Origin: Octopus vulgaris
Lineage: Eukaryota
Assembly: GCA_951406725.2 (NCBI GenBank)
Contig: OX597819.1
Coordinates: forward strand, 93,558,001 to 93,622,000
DNA: 64,000 nt
Reading direction: 5' to 3'
Below the pieces are notes generated by a model, which had not been told where the DNA came from, searched no databases, and saw only the letters and a list, made by a program, of their open reading frames with translations. Positions within the stretch are counted from its first letter, which is position 1. Each line of letters begins with the position of its first letter. A program made the position numbers and the translations under genes. Shown here piece after piece: positions 1 to 12,293 of this stretch.

Positions 1-166
1 CAAAAGGATCCTAGGAGTTCCACAAAAATGAGTGAGATAAGCTAAAGCTAATTTCATGATCGTAATATTACTATACATGCACAACATATTATTGGTTATT
101 GTAATATTGTAATATAGACATCATCCTATCTAACCTATTAAGTTATCAAAAAAAATATAACAACCA

Positions 167-225
<59 letters not shown>

Positions 226-352
226 TACCACATGAACAACAATGGAAAAATATGAGAAAGATATAGTATATAATTTTTATTGTGCAGGGGTTCCTTGAGA
301 CATGTAACTTATTTTAAGGGTTACATAAGGGTAAAAAGGTTGAGAAAGACTG
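1..352. mobile_element. hAT/Charlie-like MITE, right part, with internal (TA)n
   Basis: Ends in ...GGTAAAAAGGTTGAGAAAGACTG, resembling hAT MITE termini (AAGGTTGAGAAccaCTG); internal GGGGTTCC subterminal motif. Confidence 0.45.
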
Positions 353-391
353 ACCTAAAGAAACACCAGTTATATATTCAAATAAAGAGTC

Positions 392-570
392 TATTCACGG
401 TTCTTCATTCCCAGAACATCGGTGGTGCTCAGGAATTCCCTTCCTATTAATGTCTTTCCTGCAGGCATTGACTTATAAAGGTTCAAAAGGAACATTGATT
501 GCATTAATGATATTAATTCCACTAATCTAGGAGCGTCTACAAGGGTCATGAGTACTGCCCTTTCCAGCAA
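392..570 (+). mobile_element. LINE (CR1/L2/Jockey group) ORF2 C-terminus and 3' UTR relic
   Basis: Plus frame from 392 reads YSRFFIPRTSVVLRNSLPINVFPAGIDL*RFKRNID, the typical 'F.PRT..LWNSLP...FP....L..FK' LINE ORF2 tail with an in-frame stop. Confidence 0.7.
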
Positions 571-1915
571 ATCCAACAAGATAATTGACTGTTTGGTGAG
601 GATAATGATGTAAGATTCATGTTAATAGTCAACATAATCATTTAAATCATTTAATTTAGTTGGTATTTTAAAGATGTAAAACTGGTGACTGATTATTAAA
701 TATTAGAAGCATGGATAGGACTGTAAATACTCGAATATGATGGAAGCTAATACATTAGTATTAGTTTTATTTGGTTAAAAGCTTTTGTAATATGGTAGCT
801 ACGAAATTATATTCCTTAAGTATGAAGGGAATAAATCCAGTTTTGAATCAATCAATTTTTGTTTCAGTTAATGAACTATGCTACATTGGAATTTTATATT
901 AAACTAGATGTTGTTGATGTCCAAACCATAGGCACTTTCCAAAAATAGAAGTAATTTACTGCTAAGAGAAAGAATTTCACAAAACTAAAACCATTTTCTG
1001 TTCCTGATAATTTAATCCATCGATTCATTTTGTTGAGCTTGCTGAGATTTGCTCAACTTGACTATGTCACTTACTCTGATTCCACATTGCATTTGAGGCA
1101 TCACCAGGGTAACATTTCATGTCCGTATAGAGCTGCCAAGTGAAGGTTTTAGCTTGACAGCCAAATGCATGTTTATCCATGTCAGGCTGTCGTTAGGAGT
1201 AATATGACAAATGAGCTCTTACTTTGCCCTATAGCAATATCTTGCATAATGCATGCATCTAACTCTCTCTCTCTGTCCCTCTCTCTCTCTGTCCCTCTCT
1301 CTGTCCCTCTCTCTCTATCTCTCTCTTCCTCTTATAACATCAATGATTGCAAGAAGATACTCTGTCATACAGTTTTTGTCTGGTCAGATGATTTTTCATG
1401 AAATATTCAGAAATGCCTTTAAAGTACTCTGAAAACTTCATCAAGCTTTGCTTCCAGGTGTTTGGTGAGTGTCCAACTAATGGACAAGTACGATAGCACT
1501 GATTCCACAGCGACACAGAAGAAGCTTCTCTTAAGATCATTAGGTAGTGATAACTCGCAGATCTTCTACTGATTAATGTAATTAAATTTAAATTAATCAG
1601 CTATTAATTATAAAGGTAATTAGATTAGTAGTGAATGTTACTCTATAGTAGTAGTTGTGTAGCTGTCACTGTTTAGCTCTAGTAAGGTCAAGGAATAATA
1701 ATAATTGAAGTATGTTGTGTTGTAACAAGCATTGATACATGAGGTACCTCTTATTTATTCTTTTGCCCTCAATCTTTTTCAAATTACAGAACACAAATAC
1801 ATGTAAAAATTATTGGCTGTAATATGGAATATTCTAGTGTTTTACTTTTCCATGTCTTTTGAAATAGTTTAACCATCAATTCAGAGATTGCAGATTCTAT
1901 CATCTTGCACTAAAC

Positions 1916-2460
1916 ATCATCATCATCATCATCGTTTAACGTCTGTTTTCCATGCTACATGGGTTGGACGATTCGACCGGGGTCTGGGAATCCAGGAGGC
2001 TGCACCAGGCTTCAGTCTGATCTGGCAGTGTTTCTACAGATGGATGCCCTTCCTAACGCCAACCACTCCGTGAGTGTAGTGAGTGCTTTTTACTTGCCAC
2101 TGGCACAGGTGCCAGGGGAGGCTGGCAATGGCCACGATCAGTTTTTACATGCCACAGGCACGGAAGCCAGTCAAGGCGGTGCTGGCATCGGCCATATTTG
2201 GATGGTGCTTTTTACATTCCACTGGCACAGGTATCACAACTACAATTACCATTTGATTTTTTTTTTATGTTGATGTACTTGACGCAATAGGTCTCCTCAA
2301 GCATAGCAGGTCGCCCTATCATCCAAAGTAAGCACAGCAGCCTGTCCTGTGATCCAAGGTACTTTGGGTGGGCTGGGGCTTCTATGTGAAGCTGGTGCAG
2401 GAAACAGCCATGAACTCACGTTATTTGTTGGGTCTTCAGTCACAGCATATTTCCAGATTC
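1916..2460 (-). mobile_element. SINE-like element with (GAT)n tail (MetaSINE/MESC-like domain)
   Basis: Reverse complement of GAGTGGTTGGCGTTAGGAAGGGCATCCA...CAACCCATG.AGCATGGAAAAC.GACGTTAAACGATGATGAT; near-identical to plus-strand copies at 41885-42038 and 54565-54716; internal GGTGCTTTT.ACATGCCAC subrepeats. Confidence 0.8.
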
Positions 2461-2601
2461 ATGAAAATTTGATTTCTCTTTCGTATGATGCTCTTACATT
2501 CATCATCGTCATAATCACCATTTAGCAACCATTTCCTTTGTTGGCATGAGTTGGATGGCTTCACTGAATCTGGTGAGTCAGAAGACTTAACCAAGTTCCA
2601 A

Positions 2602-2874
2602 TGTCTGCTTTGACATTGTTTCTATGATTGAATGCTCTTCCTAACACCAGCCACTTTTAGAGCACACTGGTTGCATTTTATGTGGCACCAATACCAGTGA
2701 CACCCCCAAACACCTCACTTATAAATATTAGGAACACATTCTGTCTGCTTTGATATTGTTTCTATGAATGAATGCCCTTCCTAACACCAGACACTTTTAG
2801 AGCATACTGGGTGCATTTTATGTGGCACCAATGACATCACCAAATATCTCTAATATAAATATTAGGAACACATT
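2602..2874. repeat. Direct tandem duplication of ~140 bp (decayed SINE piece plus flank)
   Basis: TGTCTGCTTTGA.ATTGTTTCTATGA.TGAATGC...TATAAATATTAGGAACACATT occurs at ~2602-2740 and ~2742-2874. Confidence 0.85.
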
Positions 2875-3217
2875 ATGATTTTAGTATTGCTATTTTTCAA
2901 ATGTCCCACATAACACACTAAGAAAACATTATTTTCAGAATGAACTTTTATGTACATAGAGTGAAAGCCATTTATTGTGATCATAGATAATCTTATAAAT
3001 TGGTTATTGTCATCATAATATTATCAGCTAGTTACTGTTATCAAAAATACTTCAGCCAAAAATGATCACAATAAACTGCTTCTCCTGTGTAATTAATAAT
3101 TAAATTTTATTGTTTACTGAATTCAAAAATGATATAAATGTTTTTTTTTTTGTTTTTTTTCATTTCATATCTGATTTATGTTTCATAAATGCACAACATA
3201 TGTTTCTTGAAATTCTT

Positions 3218-3235
3218 TTCCTTAACACTAATCAC
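3218..3235 (+). other. U12-type (minor spliceosome) branch point and AC 3' splice site
   Basis: TTCCTTAAC (3218-3226) is the U12 branch consensus, ending 9 nt before the terminal C of AC (3234-3235). No AG occurs between 3056 and the exon start. The position matches the known AT-AC intron just before DI-S1 in Nav/Cav channel genes. Confidence 0.88.
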
Positions 3236-3481
3236 ATGGTTTGAACGCATCAGTATGGGAGTCATAATGATGAACTGCATAACACTTGGAATGTATAGGC
3301 CGTGCCTAGATCAGGTCTGTAACTCTACAAGATGTAAAATGCTTGAGCTTTGCGACCATTTTATTTTTGTCTTTTTCACTGTGGAAATGATTATCAAAAT
3401 GATAGCTATGGGACTCATTGGAAAATTAACCTTTTTGGCTGATTCATGGAATCGGCTAGACTGTTTCATTGTCCTGGCAGG
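3236..3481 (+). CDS. Internal coding exon of a T-type voltage-gated calcium channel alpha-1 subunit (Cav3; CACNA1G/H/I-like), domain I S1-S3
   Basis: Translation [82 protein letters not shown] matches Cav3 DI (vertebrate [26 protein letters not shown].S.RC...FDDFIFAFFAVEM..KM.ALG..G.KCYLGDTWNRLDFFIV.AG), including the Cav3-type Cys-rich S1-S2 loop. Exon is 246 nt, phase 2 at both ends: acceptor ...ATCAC|ATGG, donor GG|GTGAGT at 3482. The upstream part of ORF 3189..3485 is intronic. Confidence 0.95.
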
Positions 3482-4132
3482 GTGAGTATTATATTTTTCT
3501 TTTCTTTCTTTCTTTGTTTTCTTCTTGCTTTTCTCCTTTTATTTATGCAAATCTGGATTTTTACTTCCTTGTATAAGCTTTACCTTATTTTGCTTTTCTC
3601 CATGTATATTCAAACATTTTATCTATCAAACTATCCACCTGTCTATTTTTACATCCATCCATCAATCAATGCTTCCATCTACCCATCCATCTATATAAAT
3701 GTGTGAGTGTGAGTAGGCATGAGGAAATGTGGTTATTTTAATAAAGGCAGCTATTATGCAGAAAAAAAAATTGGTCTGATATTTTGGGCTACAGGCTCTT
3801 CATCATGGAAGAGAAGATAGATAGTTCTGTGCATTGTAGTAGAAATATATACACACATGCACAATACACACATATCACACATACATACACACAAACACAC
3901 TTATATATATTGTGGATTTGAGTGTATGTGTTAATATGCATCAAGTTAATTAATGTTATCAATTTTAATATTGTTAATATTAAGATGATACTAATTTTAT
4001 TACACTGTGTCAGTAAACAAACACTGTATATATTGGTAAAAACGGTAAGATAACAAAAGAAAGAAAGAGACCTCAATATTATGTCAAAAAAGGAAATGTA
4101 TCTGTAGAATAATATGTGACAATTATTCAATA

Positions 4133-4202
4133 GCCAAGATAAAGCTCTGAGTTTCAGATGCCGAGGTGGAAATCCACAACACCATCTCTTCGGTTATCTG
4201 GC
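4133..4202 (-). ncRNA. Degenerate type-I hammerhead-ribozyme-like motif (Penelope-like remnant)
   Basis: Minus strand reads GCCAGATAA-CCGAAGA-[GATG...CATC hairpin]-TGAAAC-TCAGAG-CT-TTATCTTGGC: stem I and stem II pair, but the core carries substitutions. Confidence 0.5.
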
Positions 4203-4292
4203 CATCTATAATTATAATATATTATATTATATAATTATATTATATATTATATAATATATAATATATAATATAATTTATATATTATATATCAT

Positions 4293-4330
<38 letters not shown>

Positions 4331-4899
4331 ATATTATATATTGTATATATATTATATTATGTATATATATGTATATAATATTTATACATATGTATGTATG
4401 AATGTATATACCTGTGTATGTGTAGGCTGTACAATATTAATAACGGTTCTCTATGCTTTCTAAATTCTTTGTTACATATTTCAGTTATATTTCAGTGTTT
4501 TAGTCATGTTTTGTGAAATATTTCTTTCATGTCGTTTCCCATAAAAGGATATTAATATTCTCTTTTTACCAATTTTGCTCTCATTTCTCTTAAATCCAAA
4601 GTAGCTCATAGCATCTAAAACTTTGTCACACAACGTTTAGAATTGCTTGGAACATTTGTTACTTTATACAGATCCATTTTGCCAGTACCGAAATGCTTTT
4701 TAATGTCTTATTAAGCCATATAGTTCACAGAATATAATCCTCTACACTGAATGTAAATATGTCATACATAAGATACTAACCCACGACACACACACGAGCA
4801 CACACGCGTGCACACACATACACACACAAAATTATGCATGATACATGAAACTTGAACCAAATCTAACAAGTATGAATATTTTGTTGCTTTTGATCAATC

Positions 4900-5170
4900 G
4901 CTTCTACTACAGCCCTAGGCTGACCAATACTTTGTGGGTGAATCTGGTAGACAGATGATATATATATATATATATTCATATTGTGTGTGTGTCCCAACTA
5001 CTTTACAGCAGGTGTTGGTTTGTTTACATCCATGCCTGTGAATAACTCAACAAAAGTCGCTGATAGAGTAAGTGGCTGACTTGGAAATTAAGTACTTAGG
5101 GGTGATTTGTTTGACCCTTTAAGGTACTGCCCTAGCATTGTCACAGCCCAATGACTGAAAAAAGTAAAAA
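4900..5170 (+). mobile_element. OR2-like SINE, 5'-truncated and diverged
   Basis: CTTCTACTACAGCCC...TTGTGGGTGAATCTGGTAGACAG (TA)n...TGACTGAAAAAAGTAAAA matches the body and tail of the family. Confidence 0.7.
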
Positions 5171-5794
5171 ATACAGTCCTAGTTATATGATTAAAAGGCT
5201 CATTTTGCAATAACATAATTTCAGTTTAAAATCTTGATCCTTTGTTTAAAATCAGTTTAAAATCTTGATCCTAGGATATAACAAAGCCTTCTGAGTGAAA
5301 TATGAGTCTAAGTAAAAGATCTTTGATTAGACTCTTCTTTGGAGAGTAGAATATTCTTGAGTGACATTTAATCCACCACTCAGTTTAAAAACCCCATTGG
5401 CCTTTAAGTATCTTCACTGGAATTCATTCTATTCCTAGTATTTTATCCAAGTATCATGAGAATCCTGGTTGTTTCTTTCCCCTTCTTTCCACAGTCCAAA
5501 CGACCCATAAAATAAGTCATATATGCAGCAGTTTCTTCTGATTAAATTTGGCAAATCTGTGCTATGCTACTAACTCATCCAACATTTTCAATCTAAAAAC
5601 CTACATAAACATATATTTTCAGACATTTTTTACATTTTTACCAATTCAATTATGTAATATCCTTTTTTTAAAAGTACATGTAATCAATTTTCTTCTTAAA
5701 GTCTCACAGCATTAGGCAGACCATAGTTAAGTTCCAGATTCGGTAATATTGCAAATAAAAGGTTCAACGTTGGTTCTATGTCAGCGTGTGTATG

Positions 5795-5932
5795 TAAGAA
5801 TTTTTTGCGTAATAAGATAAGGAACCAAGGCTGTGTAGATATTAGAGCATTTATAGATAAACGGTCTTACAACTTGTGAAAAGCTCTAATATCTACACAG
5901 CCGTGGTTCTTTATCTTATTACGCAAAAAATT

Positions 5933-5936
<4 letters not shown>
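5795..5936. repeat. Long near-perfect inverted repeat (54-bp arms, 34-nt spacer)
   Basis: TAAGAATTTTTTGCGTAATAAGATAAGGAACCAAGGCTGTGTAGATATTAGAGC (5795-5848) versus GCTCTAATATCTACACAGCCGTGGTTCTTTATCTTATTACGCAAAAAATTCTTA (5883-5936). Confidence 0.95.
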
Positions 5937-5971
<35 letters not shown>

Positions 5972-6672
5972 CTATGTATATATGTATGTATTTTCAGAGA
6001 TCATAATGAAATTGACTGATAATGGCAAATTTGAAAATATGGAAAAAAAAATACTCCACAGCACTTGGTCAAACAGCATAAATAATGTTTGCCGTGCTCT
6101 TACCTGCCATGCCACACTATACATAATTGCCATGTTTTGCTGTCAGTCTTTGTGAATTTTCAATTCCTTGTTACTTTTGATAAATTTGTTTACAAGCAAT
6201 GAAGCATAAGATTTAGTCTAAAACTAAATGACTAAACTAATTATATTCACTCAAATATACTATTTACTTTTGTGGAGTTCAAAGTGTCAATAAAAGTAAT
6301 ACTTTAATCTTGAAAGTACAAACTTTCTGTATTTCTTTGGTATGCACCCGCAGATTTTAAATTACAGGCAGATTACTGAGGTCTTTTATTGATATTATTA
6401 AAGGAAATCTATGCAAATAAATCACATTCTGAAGTAATATACATACATACATATATACATACAAAAATATATACACACTTGCATACATACACACATATTC
6501 ATGATAGTTCAGCTGGTAGAGCAGAGAGGACTGTAGTATGGAATTATATATACATAAATACACAAACATATTTACAAACATATATATATATAAAGATATA
6601 TACTGACATGTACACAGACACATACAGATATGAAGTACATGCACACACACATATACATATATATGTATGTAT

Positions 6673-6705
<33 letters not shown>

Positions 6706-9014
6706 CATACATACACACTCATGTATAAATATATCTATTTATGTATATATTGTACACATACTCATATATATATATATATATAGTTTCATCTTTAATACAG
6801 ATCAACTCAAGTGACAATATATACTCCCCATATTAAATATGTCGTGTGTATGTGTGTCCATGTATATGCATGCACACACATGCACGAGCATGGGACCATG
6901 ACAAATTTAGACACTTTTATTGATGGAAAAATATGAGCACAACTGACTCTCTATGCCACTTGAAAACACTCTTTTACACTCATACATACACTCACTTACA
7001 CATTACACACTCCACATGCATCATACATATCCAAAAAATCTCTTACTTTCTATAAAAGATGATTTGCAGTATTTTGGGTAGGTTAATTTTTCACTCAAAT
7101 ATTTATTGGTAACGTCTTTGTGTTTTTCAATAAACCATATGAGATGAATGTAACCAGTATTATTCATAACAGTTCTAAATCTCTATTCTAACCCTTCCCA
7201 TTATTCCAAGTGAATACCATCTCTTTACAGATAAAAATCAATATATTATTATTATTATTATTATTTTACCACCCTTATGTGATTGAAAAAAAAAAAGCAC
7301 TAACACAATTTCATATTCATCTTATTTCATTCAAGATATCTCAAGCTTACATTAACCACATGGAATAACTATTACATACATATTGTATCCTTATACATTG
7401 TAGCTGTACAGTATGCAAATTGTATACCTATTCTATCCTCAATACTGAATACTTATTGAATATAACAATTATTTCTCTGTTGCATCACTCAATAAAATCC
7501 TGATGAATAAAAAATACAAATAATTTTCCAATTTTTTTTTTTTTATATTTGTTGTAGAACTTATTTCTCATCTATAAGTCTTAGAAATTTTTGAATAGAT
7601 TTCTTTAGTTTTTGTCAAAAATATTTGCATTTAAACTAATCTCTTTCTGTTTTGTGCGGAATAATGATGATAGTTTACTAAACATAATTTCATATATCAT
7701 TTTTGCTTTTTTTACAGTTCAGTAATATTAACCAAGTTGCTTCTTTTCTTTTACCAAAATCAGATTCTTCAATCTCATATCACTTCATAAGTGATTTAAG
7801 TTTAGAAATATTGATTGTCAACTAGTTAAATATGAGGTCATATTTTTGTTGGAATTCTAATAAATTTGTTCATGTCAATCTATTGCAATTTATATTTCCA
7901 AAAAGAAAGTAAATAAAATACTAAATGCATACCATTCAGTGCCCAATAAATATTTTTTAGATTCTAGCTGGGAATTCCATTTTTTAACATGTCAAATATA
8001 TATATATTTTACTTCTTAACTTTATCAAACAGTAAATATTCTAAGCTGGTGCAAAAATATATTTGAAAAGGAGAGGAATGAAATTTGCAGCTAAAGTATT
8101 TGTTTACTTTTAACTATTCGATAAAAAAAAAATTTTAAACTATGTACCAAAGATGGCAGCTATATGAAGTTATTCAACAGGCTAGAAATAGCTACCAAAA
8201 CCTCAGTCAAATTCCTATTTTAAACTAAGAAGGACATACTGATTGCATGATCTGAGAAATGTTATATCTAATTTTGACAATTGGTCTGATGAATCAGTGC
8301 TGACTAAGGGTTAACCATCAGCAAGAACAAGAACAGAAACAAGAATGGCATTCTTTAAATAATATAGAAATGCTTATTTTTGTACTGTTATTTCAGCTAC
8401 ATATGTTTTTCAAAAAATGCTTCCATCCTAAGTGGTAAACACACTGGAACATAAAACATTTTTCAAAAAAATCTTATACAACAAACAGATCAACAAATAA
8501 TTTGAAGATTTCAGACTGTAGGGTTAATCCTTTCTTCACATCTGGAAAGTTCCTCTCCGGGCATTAGCAATATTTTAATGGAAGACCAGCAATCTTATGC
8601 TCTCCATGCCACCAGTGTTGTCTAAGAGCAAGACAAAGTCCAGGATAGTTTGGCACCAGAGTCATAACAAGTAATCTCAGACCATAAAGAACTGGAACAA
8701 ATGCTAACAAATATTTTCTGTCATGCTATGACAATTCCATCAACTCTACTTTATTTTACTGAGTCCAGGAGGATAAAAGGCAAAGTTAACCTTGTGAGGA
8801 TTTGAACTCAGAATGCAGGTAAAGGCATAGCTATGTGATTAATCTTGTTTCAGATTTAGCCTCTCTGCATAGCACTTTGGGCAATGTCTTCTAGTATAGC
8901 ACTGGACTGACCAAAGCCTTATGAGTGGATACAATGGACAGAAACTGAAAGAAGTGTGTGTATTTATGTGTGTGTGTGTGTGTGTACGTGTGTATGCCCA
9001 TCCATCCGTCTGTC

Positions 9015-9046
<32 letters not shown>

Positions 9047-9354
9047 TGTATGTATGTATGTATGTATGTATGTACATACATATATATGCATAAGTCTGAG
9101 TGTGTATGTTTGTGTCTTGTTTTGATTAATGTAAATGAATGTCATTTATTTTCAATATTCTATAAAAATATGTCTGACCATAGTGAAATATTACTTTGCT
9201 AGCAAACAGGTAAGGGTTAGCAACAGGAAGAGCATCCAGTTGTTAAAAATCAGCCTCACTAAGTTCACCCCATTCCATGCAAGCAAAGAAAAAGTAGATG
9301 TTAAAATGATGATGACTTCAGAGAGCCCAAACAGGCAATGTAAGGTTATTTCCT

Positions 9355-9500
9355 TGTTGCTCCATCGATTCTGCTTTAGCAAACAAAGGATTATCAATCA
9401 ATGAATTCTCCCAATAGGAGTTGAAACTTAATCATAATTGCTCTAATCTACTATGCTTAGGGTCTACAAGGACCATGAGTGCTCCTGCCACTGCTTAGCA
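9355..9500 (+). mobile_element. Decayed LINE 3' end related to 392-570
   Basis: HRFCFSKQRIINQ*NS.P-like tail, followed by GGTCTACAAGGACCATGAGTGCTCCTGCC, similar to GCGTCTACAAGGGTCATGAGTACTGCC at ~533-559. Confidence 0.45.
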
Positions 9501-9650
9501 TCTTCTGATTATTAAAGTCTCTAAAAACAGTTTTCTAATGAAAAATTTAATCTCTGAAATTTAAATTGCCTGTGAAGTTATTTCTAAATGTATTTTGGTC
9601 ATATTTTAATATTTTCTAACTTTTATTATTAATATTTATTCTAAGGATAA

Positions 9651-9870
9651 GGTGGCAAGTTGGCAGAATTGTTAACACATTGGGCAAAAATGCTTAGCGG
9701 AATTTTGTCCATCTTGACATTCTGAGTTCAAATTCTACCAAGGTTGATTTTTGTCTTTCATCCTTTTGTTGGGTCTATAAAATAAGTACCAGTTGAATAC
9801 TGAGATCAAGACAAGCAATTTAATGCCTCCCCCGAAATTGCTGGCCTTGTGTCAAACTAAGAAACCGATA
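9651..9870 (+). mobile_element. OR1-like tRNA-derived SINE (Nin-domain type)
   Basis: GGTGGCAAGTTGGCAGAATTG (A box)...GAGTTCAAATTC (B box)...TTTGTCTTTCATCCTTT...AATAAGTACCAG. A more decayed second copy follows at ~9885-10090. Confidence 0.8.
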
Positions 9871-11077
9871 TTCTAACAGTTATGAACTATCAGAATCATT
9901 AGAGTATTGGAAAATATACCCTGCAGTATACAGTTACAGTCTTAATGTTCTAGGTTCAAATTCAACCAAGGTCAACTTCTAAAAACATTCTATAATTGAT
10001 TAAATCAAGTACCCATCATGCACTGGGGTTGATTTAATCAATTTTGCACTTCCTCACAATTTGTAACTTGTGCCTATGTTAGAAATCAATAAATTTTAAT
10101 GGTTATCACCCTTCAAGTTTTTTTCTTCACTTAATTTCTGAAGTCTTGCACTGATTCCTCAGGATATTTCTCATTAATGACCTAATTCAGGTGTGGATCA
10201 TGGCATGCATTTTTAATGTGTCAAAGAACAGATATTGATTAGAAAAATGACTGATGTCATGAATGCTTCATGACTTATGAAATAATGACTACATGTTGAA
10301 TAAGGATCTTTTACATTCATGAACGACTTTAAATTTTAGGAAGATATTTTAAATTTTTTGACATTTGTGCTTTTCCATAAAGCAATTTGTTGAATCTCTA
10401 TATGTGTGACACGGGTCCACACATATAGAGATGCATATCCATACATTCAAACATGATACATAGTTGCAAAACACACACACACATGTACACACAAGGAGAC
10501 AGAGGTGCATATATATACAAACACACGCTCAAAGACACACATACATAGAAAATACACACACAGATGTGCAAGCACATGAATATGCAGAATACATACAGAT
10601 GCACACACATACATACACACATACATACATATATACATATGGATATACTCACATATATACATACACACACATACATACATACATACATACATACATACAC
10701 ACATACATACATATGTACATGCATAGGCACACACACACACACACACTGACCCACACACATGTGCACAAACAAAAAAAAAGGAATGCAGTGTATATAACTG
10801 ACACAGTCAAGACTATTGAAAAGGTTGCAAGAGGCAACGAAAATTTTAGGAAAATAAAAATAAGAAATAAGTGGAAATTTTACCGGTGAGTGTGTTAAAT
10901 GATAAGGCACAAAAAGAAAATGATTCTCCCCAGACTATAACTGGTATCAAAACTTGATTAACATGTTGCACTACACATAGAATCTAGTATAGTTTATATT
11001 TGTATTTTTGCCTTATAATACACACAGACATGTAGTGGGGAGGAGTGTGTGTGCACCTGCCCGTGTTCAGTTATAAT

Positions 11078-11290
11078 ACTTTCTACTAAAGGTACAAGGC
11101 CTGAAATTTTGAGGAAGGGGACTAGTCAATTACATCAACCCCAGTGTTTCACTGGTACTTAATTTATTGACCTGAGAGAATGAAAGGCAAAGTCGACCTT
11201 GGCAGAAGTTGAACTCAGAACATAGTGACAGGCAAAATACCACCATGCATTTTGTCCAGCATGCTAATGATTCTGCCAGCTAGCCGCCTG
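11078..11290 (-). mobile_element. OR1-like tRNA-derived SINE
   Basis: Reverse complement of AGGCGGCTAGCTGGCAGAATC...GAGTTCAA...GTCGACTTTGCCTTTCATTC...AATTAAGTACCAG. Confidence 0.85.
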
Positions 11291-11568
11291 CTTACATTCA
11301 GTTACAATATAGATAATTTTATATTAATCTGAAGGATTATTCCATACTTTTACAGATTAAAAATTCATTATTCTTTAACAAGAATAGCATTGACAGTGAC
11401 TTTGAAGTTTTGGCCAAGTATGAATAAATGTCATTATTCAGTTTTATTTCAAGATTTCTTGCCAATAGAGAAAGAGCTGGTTTCTAACCTAGATCCAAGG
11501 CTCTTCATTAGAATTTCAAAATCAACAGGGTATTTTTGTATGTATGTATGTATGTATGTATGCATGCA

Positions 11569-11603
<35 letters not shown>

Positions 11604-11680
11604 ATATTATATGAGCTTCTGTGCAGTTTCCTTCTATCAAATTTTATTGTCAAGATTTTAGTCAATTTTAGTCCAAAAGT

Positions 11681-11906
11681 TGGCGAGCTGGCAGAAACAT
11701 TAGCATGCTGGGCAAAATGCTTAGCAGTATTTCATGACTTTAAGTTCTGAGTTCAAATTCTGCTGAGGCCGACTTTGCCTTTCATCCATTCGGGGTCAAT
11801 AAATTAAGTACCAGTTACACACTGAGGTCGATGTAATCGACTTAATCCATTTGTCTGTTCTTGTTTGTTCCCTCTATGTTTAGCTCCTTGTGGGCAATAA
11901 AAAAAT
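11681..11906 (+). mobile_element. OR1-like SINE with flanking direct repeat
   Basis: GGCGAGCTGGCAGAAAC...GAGTTCAAATTC...GACTTTGCCTTTCATCC; AAGATTTTAGTCAATTT occurs on both sides (~11652 and ~11907); nested in an older, decayed minus-strand OR2-like copy. Confidence 0.85.
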
Positions 11907-12258
11907 AAGATTTTAGTCAATTTAAAGTTATGGTTGAAGAAATACACCATGCTGCCTATCTATATATCAAACTTGGATCCATGTGATTGTGATGAAGCTA
12001 TATGCTTAACACACAGTTGTGCTCTCACTCATTCTTTGAAGCTAATTAATAGCATTTCTAAGCAGTTAATTGTAAAATGAAATAATACTGAAATTAGCCG
12101 TGACCATAACAGTAAGCTAAAGTAAAGAAACAAATGTGCAAACAAAGAAATATAAAAAATACAAGTAAATGAATCTTTAATCAAAGCAAATATGATATCT
12201 AGATGAACAGTTAAATGACAATCTTCATACAAAAAAATAGAGAAACCAACCCCAAAAA

Positions 12259-12259
<1 letters not shown>

Positions 12260-12293
<34 letters not shown>

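Noticed and set aside
1030-1200. Small hairpins (GTTGAGC/GCTCAAC; GACAGCC/GGCTGTC) suggestive of another hammerhead relic
   Set aside because: Core nucleotides and a closing stem cannot be assigned convincingly.
3189-3235. ATG-initiated N-terminal extension [16 protein letters not shown] of the Cav3 ORF
   Set aside because: It is intronic: it contains the U12 branch site, and homology begins at WFER.
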